Below, piece by piece: positions 51,768 through 60,379 of a stretch of 64,000 bases of DNA (position 1 is the first letter of the stretch; each line of letters starts with the position of its first letter). The stretch spans positions 2,071 to 66,070 of the forward strand of contig CAZJWJ010000005.1 in assembly GCA_964549495.1 (NCBI GenBank), written 5' to 3'. Source of the DNA: an uncultured Anaerolineales bacterium (GTDB lineage Bacteria > Chloroflexota > Anaerolineae > Epilineales > Epilineaceae). A program made the position numbers and the translations under genes. The notes under the pieces are model-generated. The model saw only the letters and a program-made list of their open reading frames with translations. It made no database searches and was not told where the DNA came from.

Positions 51768-52628
51768 TCACCTTGAATCCGTCGGCCGACCCTGCCCGCG
51801 GCGGCTGCGCTCGAGGCGATCGCGATCCGCCTCGTAGCCTTCCAGCCGGCGCAGGAAGTCCGGATCGATGCCGGCGGCCAGCCTGCCCTGCGGGTAGAAG
51901 TTCCGTCCGCGGGCGAGGCTGGGCCGCAGAGGCCAGTCGATGTGGTCGCAGAAGGCCTCCCACATCCCTCGATCGCTCGGCTTGAGGCGCTTCAGCCAGC
52001 GCCAGCCGAAGGCCACGTGCCGGCGCTCGTCCCGATGGACCTTGTCGATCACCGCGGCGGTGGCTTCGTCGCCGGCCTCGCGCGCGGCGGTAGCGTAGTC
52101 GACCGTATGGTCGAGATTGGCGTTCTCGAAGGTCAAGGCCATGGCGCAAACAAAATGCAGGGGCCGAGTCCACTGGGCGGCCTTGTTCCAAAAATAACCG
52201 GTCACCGGCAGGCTGCCGAAAGGACAACCGAGGTCGGCACAACGCGACATGTACATCCGCGTGTGGCGCTGTTCGTCGCCGAGGATCGTCAGCAGTTCGC
52301 GGCGGAAGTCCGGCGGCGCGTCGGGGTAGGCCAAGAGCGCCCAGGCGTAGAGTTCCGCGGCCTGCAGCTCGTGATTGGCCATCGCGTGCAGGATGCGCGC
52401 CCGCTGGTCCGGATCGCGCATGCCCTCGATGCTCGGCGTCGATCGCGCGCGCCGAACATCGACGATCTCCAGCCCCTCGGGCCGGCCCGGGACCATCGGC
52501 AGCTCGCGCGGCGCAGCCCCTTCGTCCAGTAGGTCCTTCGGGGCCGGCGCCAGCTTCTCGACCATGCTCCGGCCGAGCACCACGCCTTCGGCGAATTGCC
52601 GCAGCGTCGCCACCTTCTCCCGCGTCAT
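51768..52628 (-). CDS. ferritin-like di-iron protein (DUF455-like)
   Basis: Start at internal ATG 52628 (MTREKVATL). Two ExxH motifs (DEQRH, DERRH) plus HAMANHELQAAEL, characteristic of the DUF455 ferritin-like family. Confidence 0.55.
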   Translation of the reverse strand: MTREKVATLRQFAEGVVLGRSMVEKLAPAPKDLLDEGAAPRELPMVPGRPEGLEIVDVRRARSTPSIEGMRDPDQRARILHAMANHELQAAELYAWALLAYPDAPPDFRRELLTILGDEQRHTRMYMSRCADLGCPFGSLPVTGYFWNKAAQWTRPLHFVCAMALTFENANLDHTVDYATAAREAGDEATAAVIDKVHRDERRHVAFGWRWLKRLKPSDRGMWEAFCDHIDWPLRPSLARGRNFYPQGRLAAGIDPDFLRRLEGYEADRDRLERSRRGQGRPTDSR

Positions 52629-52708
52629 GCGATCGCGCGGGCCCGGGCGATCGGCCGGCTGGGCCAAGCCGGTAGCAGGGCGCGGTCGACCGACATCGCT
52701 CCGACGGC

Positions 52709-53962
52709 TCAGGTATGCGCCAGATAGGCCCTGGGGAAGACCTGCTTCTGCTCGTCGGTGCATAGATCGTAGATCCGGCGCTCCTCTTCGGTCAGCGGGC
52801 TGCCGGGCGAGAGGCTGATGGCGAGGATGACCTCGAAGTCGGTGGGGACCGCCGCCAAGTCCTGCACGTAATGCCACCAATCCTGCAGCTGGGCGTACTC
52901 GTGCGGATCGACCATCAGGATCTTGGCGTTGTAGTCCTCACCCTCCTCGCGGGTCAAGAAGTGCGGCAGGGGCGGGGTGTCGCCCGGGCCGGGCACACGC
53001 CCGAAGAAGACCGCGCGGGCATCGCCGCCGGCGGCGGCCGCATCCCGCGCTTCCGCAAGAGCCGCGATCTGCTCCTCGGGCGTGTTGACCACCATCGCGT
53101 AGTGCAGGCTTCCCCAGCCCTTCAGCGACTGCTCGACGACCGGACGGCGCGTGGTCGCGATCTGGATCCCTCCGGAGCCGACCACGACGGTCAGATTATG
53201 GGGCGCCGAACGGATATGTTCGCAGGCGTACTCGGTCAAGCGCAGTTCGGGATCCGCCATCAAGGGCGCATGCACCTCGATGGCCTTGGGTACCGCTTCG
53301 GACTCGGCCATGTAGCGGCGCACGTGCTCGGCCAAGGCCTTGTCCGCGCGCTCCATTCGCAGCCGCTCGAGGGCATCGATGGCCTTGGTGCGGCGCTCGG
53401 GATCGTTGAGCCGAAGATCATCGCTCAGGCGGTCGATGCCGAAAGCATCACCCAGCCGCGCCATGGCCGCGGCCGCGCGGATGTGGATCTCCAGCCCGTC
53501 CTCCTCTTCGCGATCATCCGCGTCGAGGCTCTCGCGCACGGCGTTGAGGCAGTCCTCGTCGCCGGTCACTCCCAGGATGTCCATCAGGCGTGCGCGGCGC
53601 ATGCCGACGACGCTCAGGTCGAAGGCTTCGCGCTGCGCGGCGGCCGAGAGCTTGCTGCCATAGGTCGACAGGGCCTCGAGCACGGCATCGTCCCCGAAGT
53701 TCAGGTAGGCGTTCATCAAGGGGCGCATCCCGGTCGGTGTCGCCATCTCGGCCAGCCGCTCGGCGGCGCGGGCACGCCGCACGGGATTGTTCTGACCGAG
53801 CAATCGCACCAACTGCTTGGCCGACATCTGATCGATGCCGTCGGACTCGGACTGCGCCTCCGGCGGGGCCTTTCCCGCGTCCGGACCTGAGCGCCTGGCG
53901 CCCGGACCGGATGCCTTGTCGGCTTTCTTGTCCCCGCCGAACAGCTTCTTGAGGAAGCCCAT
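52709..53962 (-). CDS. HEAT-repeat protein
   Basis: ATG 53962 (MGFLKKLFGGDKK) with AAGGAGGG RBS. Repeated alpha-helical segments (NPVRRARAAERLAEM…, NDPERRTKAIDALERL…) typical of HEAT/PBS lyase-like repeats. Confidence 0.5.
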   Translation of the reverse strand: MGFLKKLFGGDKKADKASGPGARRSGPDAGKAPPEAQSESDGIDQMSAKQLVRLLGQNNPVRRARAAERLAEMATPTGMRPLMNAYLNFGDDAVLEALSTYGSKLSAAAQREAFDLSVVGMRRARLMDILGVTGDEDCLNAVRESLDADDREEEDGLEIHIRAAAAMARLGDAFGIDRLSDDLRLNDPERRTKAIDALERLRMERADKALAEHVRRYMAESEAVPKAIEVHAPLMADPELRLTEYACEHIRSAPHNLTVVVGSGGIQIATTRRPVVEQSLKGWGSLHYAMVVNTPEEQIAALAEARDAAAAGGDARAVFFGRVPGPGDTPPLPHFLTREEGEDYNAKILMVDPHEYAQLQDWWHYVQDLAAVPTDFEVILAISLSPGSPLTEEERRIYDLCTDEQKQVFPRAYLAHT

Positions 53963-54076
53963 TCCTACCCTCCTTGGCACAGGCATGGATCGCGTGGCGA
54001 GAGCATAACCGAACTCGCCGACGGAGGCCAGCGGCGGTCCCACCTGCGCGCCGCTGCCGGCTCGAAACATATGGAC

Positions 54077-54105
54077 GGGCACATCCGTCGGCGACGGATG
54101 TGCCC
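54077..54105 (-). terminator. perfect 14-bp inverted repeat (1-nt centre) between the HiPIP and HEAT-repeat genes; terminator or operator
   Basis: gggcacatccgtcgGcgacggatgtgccc. In the minus-strand transcript it is followed by GUCCAUAUGUUUCGAG. Confidence 0.45.
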
Positions 54106-54147
54106 GGTCGGTCTATGACGGGATCAACGGGACGAGGCCCGGCCTCG

Positions 54148-54516
54148 CTAGCTGACCTTCTCGGCCCAGCTGCTGCACCAACCCTCGGGGTTGATCGGGC
54201 CGGGAACGACGAGACAGGTTCCGCAGCTGCCCTCGGTGTCGGGCACCTGGTACTGCTGGCAGTTCGTGCAGTTCTCGCCCTCGGTCTCCGACATCTCGAC
54301 GTACTCCAGCGAGGTGCGGACCGCGACCTGGGACTCGTCGAGAGCCGAGACATCCGTGCAATCGAGGGCTGCGGTTTCGCCGCCACCCTCTCCTTCGCCC
54401 TCGCCGCCGCCCTCGCCGGGGCCGCAGGCAGTCAGGTAGCCAGCGCCGACCGTAGCCGCGCCGAGCACCGTGATGCGTTGAATGAATCGTCGTCGGTTCA
54501 GAATCGAATCGCTCAT
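54148..54516 (-). CDS. high-potential iron-sulfur protein (HiPIP) with Tat signal and lipobox
   Basis: RRRFIQRITVLGAATVGAGYLTAC (twin-Arg plus lipobox Cys). 4-Cys pattern ENCTNCQQY…GSCGTCLVVPGP…GWCSSWAEK matches the HiPIP consensus C-x2-C-x(12)-C-x(12-13)-W-C-x-x-W. Confidence 0.65.
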   Translation of the reverse strand: MSDSILNRRRFIQRITVLGAATVGAGYLTACGPGEGGGEGEGEGGGETAALDCTDVSALDESQVAVRTSLEYVEMSETEGENCTNCQQYQVPDTEGSCGTCLVVPGPINPEGWCSSWAEKVS

Positions 54517-54702
54517 GTTCTTCTTCCTCCCTGGGACCCATGTTCGGATCCATGGTACGGCCTGATTGCGGTCGCGCCCAAGGTATTGCGCGACGCTGCG
54601 GATTATCGGTCAGGCCCGCGCGGGCTGTCAAGTACTCGTTCTTGACCCGGCACCCGACGGGCGCCTACCGTAGGCATCTCGCCACCTGGATCGGAGTCCG
54701 AA

Positions 54703-56559
54703 ATGCGCCAATCCCGCTTCGTCTTGCTATCGCTGCTGGTCGGGCTCTCCGCCGGCCAAATCGCCTGCCGCTCCGGGCCCGAGCCGAGCCGCGTGCCGAC
54801 CCCCCATCTCGATGCGACGGACGAACCAGGGCCGGCGATCGGCCTCGAGGAATCTGAAATCGGCTTCGACCGGCAGGAAGGTCGGGTCCACGGACGGCTG
54901 CCGGCCGCCGGCGGCGGTCGGCTGCGGCTGGAAGGCGAGGGCTTCGTGCCAGCGCGGGAGCTGGATCTGGATGCCGAGGGCCGCTTCGAGGTCACCTCGG
55001 CGAGTGGATCGCTTCGGGGCGGGCAAGTCATCAGCTTCACGCTGACCGGCGATCCCCCTGACGAAGCCTTCACCCGCTTGGTGCCCTATCTTCGGGTGTC
55101 GCTCCATCCGGGCGACGTGGTGGGCAGTATGCAGCCCCGCGCACAGATCCGCCTGCGCCTGCTCGACGGGCCCGACGGCGCGAGCCTGGGAGACGGCCTG
55201 GCCATCGCCGGAGATCTGGGCCGCTTCAGCACCTGGATCCTGGATGCGTCGGGCAAGCGGATCGTACCCCGGACCGGCCAGCGGCTGATCGCGGAGGATG
55301 GCTTCAGCCGCATCGAGTTGGACATTCCGGACCTGCGAGCCCGCGAGAATCCGGACCTGGGGCAAATCGAAGGCTCGGGTCTGCCCGATGCCCTCATCGG
55401 GCTGGTCTCCTGGAATCCATGGTGGCCCGGACTGTCCGGCTCGCCGGAAGGCCGGGTCGACCCGGCCGGCCGGTGGGCCCTGGATCCCGGCTTCGACTTG
55501 CAGCCGGCCACGCATTTCTATGTCACCGAACACCTGCCGTCCGGCGATCAGCTCTACTCCTGCCGGCAGCTTCCCATGCTCTATGTCAGCCCGGGCCGCG
55601 CCCTGGTCGAGGTCCAGACGCTCTGGGAGGTGGAAGCCGAGTTGGAGCTGCTGCGCGAGGGGCGCACCATCGCCAACGCCACCGGCGGCGGCGCCTGGTC
55701 GGGCAACCTTGGCCTGATCTTGCGCGACGCCGCCGGCAATCCGGCTCCCACGCTACCGGGAGACCGCCTGCGCGCCCTGCTGGACGGCCGGCCGATCGAG
55801 CTGGAGGTGGGCCGGCTGGAGGCCGAGCTGAACCCCTCCTCGGGCCGCATCCTGGGCCGCGCGGCACCCGATGCCGAACTGGACCTGGCCCTGCCCGAAC
55901 GCCCCTTGGAACGATGGACGCGGGCGGACGGTTCCGGGCGCTTCGAGCTGGACGCGAGCGAGTGGTTGGACGATGGCGGCCTGCGGCCGGGCGTCCGCAT
56001 CGAGGTCTACCAGCGCACCCCCACCGGCCACAACTTACGTCAGCGTTTCGAAGGCATCTTCCTCGAAGCGGGTCTCGGCGAAGGCAGTCTGGAAGGCCGT
56101 GCCCAAGCCGGTAGCCGGCTGGAGATCCGGCGCGAAACGCCAAACGGAGCGGTCGACGAGCTATCGGTCGACGTCGGACTCGATGGGCGCTGGCAAGCCC
56201 GGCTGCCCTCGGATGCCGAACTTCTCGCGACCGGGGACCGGCTGCGCCTCCAGACCCCGAACGCCGCCTTGGCGGTCGAGCTACCCCAACTGGAGCTCGA
56301 GGTCGACGCCGACCGGCGCCGAGCGCGGGGGCTGGCGCCGGCCGATGCGCTGGTCGACCTGGCCGCCATCACCGCGACGGGCCAGCCGCCGACGCGGCTC
56401 TCGACCGACGCCGACGCCGGCGGCCGCTGGTCGGTCGATCTCCTGGATCGCGGCAACGGCCTGAGCGGCGTCGACCCGGCACGCCTCCAGGCCCTGGAGC
56501 TGGCCTGGCTCGACGACGGGCTGCGCATCTATCGCCGGCTGGAACTCGATCCCCGCTGA
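54703..56559 (+). CDS. hypothetical lipoprotein, beta-rich repetitive
   Basis: Signal plus lipobox (FVLLSLLVGLSAGQIAC). 618 aa with recurring ~90-aa Gly/Asp/Leu-rich modules (…LELEVGRLEAELNP…, …LELEVDADRRRARG…). Confidence 0.45.
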   Translation: MRQSRFVLLSLLVGLSAGQIACRSGPEPSRVPTPHLDATDEPGPAIGLEESEIGFDRQEGRVHGRLPAAGGGRLRLEGEGFVPARELDLDAEGRFEVTSASGSLRGGQVISFTLTGDPPDEAFTRLVPYLRVSLHPGDVVGSMQPRAQIRLRLLDGPDGASLGDGLAIAGDLGRFSTWILDASGKRIVPRTGQRLIAEDGFSRIELDIPDLRARENPDLGQIEGSGLPDALIGLVSWNPWWPGLSGSPEGRVDPAGRWALDPGFDLQPATHFYVTEHLPSGDQLYSCRQLPMLYVSPGRALVEVQTLWEVEAELELLREGRTIANATGGGAWSGNLGLILRDAAGNPAPTLPGDRLRALLDGRPIELEVGRLEAELNPSSGRILGRAAPDAELDLALPERPLERWTRADGSGRFELDASEWLDDGGLRPGVRIEVYQRTPTGHNLRQRFEGIFLEAGLGEGSLEGRAQAGSRLEIRRETPNGAVDELSVDVGLDGRWQARLPSDAELLATGDRLRLQTPNAALAVELPQLELEVDADRRRARGLAPADALVDLAAITATGQPPTRLSTDADAGGRWSVDLLDRGNGLSGVDPARLQALELAWLDDGLRIYRRLELDPR

Positions 56560-56596
56560 TCGCGGGGACCGAGCGGTTCGGACTCCAGACGGCCGG

Positions 56597-58507
56597 CTAG
56601 GGACAGCTATTGATCCGTCCGGCGATCTGGCGGTAGATGCCGGCCAAGTCCTCGCCATCCGGCGCGAAGTAGTAGTCCGCCGGCGCGCTGGCGGCCTCCA
56701 GCAACAGGTCGCGCAGGATGTCGTCCGGCAGCCCGAGCCCGATGGTGAAGACCCGCGTGCCGGCCGCCTTGGCCGCCTCGGCCACGCGGAGCACGCTGCA
56801 TTCCTGGCGGTCGCAGCCGGGATGGTCGCTGCCCGGCCCGAAGGGCACCCGGTTGGGCAAGCCGTCGGTCAGGAGGATCATCACCGGATCGTTGCCGGCA
56901 CGGCGCTGGCTGGCGTCGATGACCGTCTGCCCCTCGGCCAAGGCCAAATCGAGGCGCGTGCCTTGCGCCACGCCATCCAAGAGCCCGTCGACCGCCGCCA
57001 TCGCGGCCGCGCGGTCCTCTGTGAGGCCGATCGATGTCCATGCTCGGTCGTTGAAGCCGACCACGGCCACGCGATCACCACGGCCGCGCTCGTCGGGCTC
57101 CAGGCTCAGTTGGTCGACGAAGAGCCGCGCGGCTTCGATGGCCGCCTCGTGCTTGCTGCGGCCCAAGCGGGTCTCGCGGTACATCGAGGTCGACATGTCC
57201 AGGACCAGGACCGCGTCGGCGAACTGGAACTCGGGGATGCAGACCTCTTCGTCCCAGGGGATCATCGGCAGGTAGATCTTGAAGATCGAGGGCGTCGGGG
57301 TGGCGCTGGGCAAGGGGGTCGCCGTCGGGGTCGCGCTGGGCAAGGGAGTGGCCGTCGGCGTGGGCGTCGGCGGCGGCGTCGGCGTGTTCGAAGCCGTCGG
57401 GGTCGGGGTCGGACAGAGGTCGACCACCTCCATGTCCAGCTCCGGAGCCTGCAAGCGCTGTACCAAGCGGCCGCTGTCGACCACGGTCAGCTCGCCCTTG
57501 ATCTTGGCCGGCCCCAGCTCCTCGGGCTTGACCTCGTAGGTGACGGTATAGGTCTGCAGGGCCTCCGGAGCCTCCCAGTTCCAGGTCAGGACCGTGCCGC
57601 CCTCCTCGCCCGCAGAGACCTCCGGCTCGCCGCCGGTCGCGCTCTCCTCGATGTATCGCAGGCCGGCCGGCAGCACTTGAGTCAGGTGCATCGATCGCAC
57701 GTCGGCCCCGCGCGGGAAGTCCTTCATCTCGTCCTGGACCATCCGGCGCAGCTTGCCCGACTCGCTGTACTCGGTGTAGTTCCGCCGCTCCCGCGGCATC
57801 TCGGGCGCCACACGACAGTACCAACTGCCCGGCTCCATCGGGCAGCCGATCATCAGGTTGGCGTCCCGTTTGAGCGTTTGCGCGGCGCGCAGCATCGCCT
57901 GGCGCTGTTCTTCGTAATGGCTCTTGGTGTAGGCGTACATGATGACGATCTCGCAAGGCGTGTCATCGGACTCCCTGCGAGCTGCATCGAGCTCGCGACG
58001 GGCGAGATTCGCCGCCCGTTCGACCGCTCCGTTCGGATTGTAGGAATTGTCCGCAGTCAGCTTGGCATAGACCTGCTCCACGCGATCGGTGAGCGCTTGC
58101 TTGGTCTGCGCACCGTTGTTGTCGTACTCGACGAGGGCCGCGCGCAGCGGCGTGTCAGGATCCAGATAGCGGTCGGCCCAGCGCTCGATCTCCTGCAGCG
58201 CCTTGCGCGACTCCTGCTCCTGCCAGCGATTCTGCGGCGTGTCGATGTGCACGAATATCACGTGCACCCCGCCCGGGCAGACCGGACATTGGGGCTCGAC
58301 GGCCACCGTGATCTTGTTGGTGGCGCAGATCGAGACCTCGTCGGTGGTCATGGTGTTGGTGATCCCGCCGCCGCATTGACCCACCCGGGGTCCGGGCGGC
58401 TGGGCGGCCGGCGCGGCATCGGCCGGCGTTGGCATCCAGCGCAAGGCGACCAAGCTCAGACCGCATAGAACAGCGAAGAGCGCAAGGGCTCGCATCCACG
58501 AAGGCAT
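56597..58507 (-). CDS. membrane-anchored von Willebrand factor A (VWA) domain protein
   Basis: ATG 58507 (MPSWMRALALFAVLCGLSLVA) with AGGGAG RBS. PT-repeat linker (PTPTATPLPSATPTATPLPSATPTPS). C-terminal VWA with MIDAS DMSTSMY … ILLTDGLPN. Confidence 0.7.
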   Translation of the reverse strand: MPSWMRALALFAVLCGLSLVALRWMPTPADAAPAAQPPGPRVGQCGGGITNTMTTDEVSICATNKITVAVEPQCPVCPGGVHVIFVHIDTPQNRWQEQESRKALQEIERWADRYLDPDTPLRAALVEYDNNGAQTKQALTDRVEQVYAKLTADNSYNPNGAVERAANLARRELDAARRESDDTPCEIVIMYAYTKSHYEEQRQAMLRAAQTLKRDANLMIGCPMEPGSWYCRVAPEMPRERRNYTEYSESGKLRRMVQDEMKDFPRGADVRSMHLTQVLPAGLRYIEESATGGEPEVSAGEEGGTVLTWNWEAPEALQTYTVTYEVKPEELGPAKIKGELTVVDSGRLVQRLQAPELDMEVVDLCPTPTPTASNTPTPPPTPTPTATPLPSATPTATPLPSATPTPSIFKIYLPMIPWDEEVCIPEFQFADAVLVLDMSTSMYRETRLGRSKHEAAIEAARLFVDQLSLEPDERGRGDRVAVVGFNDRAWTSIGLTEDRAAAMAAVDGLLDGVAQGTRLDLALAEGQTVIDASQRRAGNDPVMILLTDGLPNRVPFGPGSDHPGCDRQECSVLRVAEAAKAAGTRVFTIGLGLPDDILRDLLLEAASAPADYYFAPDGEDLAGIYRQIAGRINSCP

Positions 58508-58698
58508 CGATCCACTCCCTCTCTCGCCGTCGCCGGGCGGGTCGATGCCCGCGGGACCGATCGACATCGGATCCCCGGGGCACGACTCTGGCGCATCCAG
58601 CGGCGGCACCATATCGGCGTTTGCGAAGCACGGCATCCGGTCGCATCCTATCGCAGCCCGTCCAGGAGAGCCAGTCCGCATGCAGCGCAAGACGATGC

Positions 58699-59586
58699 AT
58701 GTCCCGGCGACATCCGGCTGGCGGCAGCAATCCGACCAGGAGCCTTAACACGCCAGTGCCGAAAATTGGACAGCCCGATTTCGTCCCGAAGTTCACCCGC
58801 TCGCCGCTGCACCGCGTGCTTCTGCGCTGGCCGGCCTGCACCCTACTGGGCACGCTACCCGGCGCGGCCTGGCCGGCGTGGGCGCTCGAGCCGGTTTACC
58901 GCTTCTCGCCGGCGGCCTTCTGCATCACGCTCGCAAGCCTGGCCGCCCTGTCCTGGCTGGCCTTCCTTCACGGGGTGACGAGGGATCCTCGGCGCGGGAG
59001 CCGTTGGACGGCCGAGGGTCCGGATCCTGTCGGCGCCGAGTCCGGTAGTGGAAGCACGGTCGGCTACCCTCTCGGCATGGCGGCGATGGACCTGTTCGCC
59101 CTCGCCCGACGCAATGCCCGCTTCGCTCTGGCTGTGCTCCCCGTGGCGCTCGCCCTGCGACTGGCGCGTGCCGAAAGCCTCGATCTCGCAACCGCGGGAC
59201 CCGTCGCGGATGGATCGCGTTCATCGAGGGTTTCGCTCCTGGAACTCGATCCGCATGTGCTGGCCGCGATCGCGATCGGCGTCGCGCTGCTCCTGCTCGT
59301 CCGCTGCCGTGAAGCATCGCTCCTGGAGCTCCTGCCTTTGGCTCTGATCGCCGGGCTGATCGCGTGGGCTCCGCTCGGATCGTGGGCGGCAGATCTGGCA
59401 TGGCCCGAGCCGGGATCCGCGGCCTGGTTGGTCGTCTGGCCCTTTTCGGCGCCGGGCCTCGTCGGAACGGGCCCCGGAGCCTGGGCTGGTCTGGGCGGGC
59501 TGGTCTGGGCCGCGTGGCTGGAGCTGCTGGCCCGGTCGCGCCACCCGCTTGGCGGTGGCTTCGAACCGCAGCCGAAACCGCATTGA
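58699..59586 (+). CDS. hypothetical membrane protein (start uncertain)
   Basis: Hydrophobic Ala/Leu/Trp-rich segments (LASLAALSWLAFL; LAAIAIGVALLLLV; LALIAGLIAWAPL). Could partly be GC-driven; low confidence. Confidence 0.3.
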   Translation: MSRRHPAGGSNPTRSLNTPVPKIGQPDFVPKFTRSPLHRVLLRWPACTLLGTLPGAAWPAWALEPVYRFSPAAFCITLASLAALSWLAFLHGVTRDPRRGSRWTAEGPDPVGAESGSGSTVGYPLGMAAMDLFALARRNARFALAVLPVALALRLARAESLDLATAGPVADGSRSSRVSLLELDPHVLAAIAIGVALLLLVRCREASLLELLPLALIAGLIAWAPLGSWAADLAWPEPGSAAWLVVWPFSAPGLVGTGPGAWAGLGGLVWAAWLELLARSRHPLGGGFEPQPKPH

Positions 59587-59668
59587 TAACAGGTACTAGC
59601 GCAGCGTCTCGAGACGCCGCAACGGTCCTGCGGAGGCCGACGCCGACATCGAAGCGAGGGAGCAGACG

Positions 59669-60166
59669 ATGGCCAAGCCGATCAAGCTCAACAGCATGCG
59701 CCGGCTCGAGTCGGCGGGGATCGACTTCGGCGTGCACCGCTACGATCCCACGCTTCGCTCGGCCGAGGCCGTGGCCGAGGCCTTGGGCCTGGAGGCCGGA
59801 GTGGTCTTCAAGACCCTGGTGGCGTCGACCCCCGAAGGCCCGGCCATCCTGGCCCTGATCCCGGGCGATCGGCAGCTGGACACCAAGGCCCTGGCGCGGG
59901 CCGCCGGGGTCAAGCGCGCGGCCATGGCCTCACAGGTCGAGGCCGAAGCGCTGACCGGTCTGCAGATCGGCGGCATCTCGCCCTTGGCCACCGCCGTCCG
60001 GATGCGGACCTTCGTCGACCAGCGGTCCGCGGAGCTGCCGGCGGGTCGGGTCGTGATCAGCGCCGGCCGGCGCGGATTCCAGCTGGAGCTGGCCGTCGAG
60101 GATCTGCTGGCGGTCACCGATGGCCGCCTGGCTCGGCTCTGCCGTGACGGGCAGGATCCGGCATAA
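59669..60166 (+). CDS. ybaK: Cys-tRNA(Pro)/Cys-tRNA(Cys) deacylase YbaK
   Basis: GAGGGAGCAGACG RBS. YbaK/ProX deacylase domain (GVVFKTLVAS … QIGGISPL). Confidence 0.85.
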   Translation: MAKPIKLNSMRRLESAGIDFGVHRYDPTLRSAEAVAEALGLEAGVVFKTLVASTPEGPAILALIPGDRQLDTKALARAAGVKRAAMASQVEAEALTGLQIGGISPLATAVRMRTFVDQRSAELPAGRVVISAGRRGFQLELAVEDLLAVTDGRLARLCRDGQDPA

Positions 60167-60379
60167 CTTTCCGACCCGCTCTTCGTCTTGTATGTCGGCG
60201 TGCGCGATCCCATTCCCCTGTCACCCCGTCCCGGTTCGCGGATCGCGCTCCATCTCACCCGCTCATCCGACGCAGCCGCATCCCGCATCGCCCGGCGAGG
60301 ATCGCGACCACGGCTCCGGGCCGCATCCGTCCGGACCCGCCCGAGGATTGCCTTGACCCCCCAAGCCAAGCGTTCGCCC

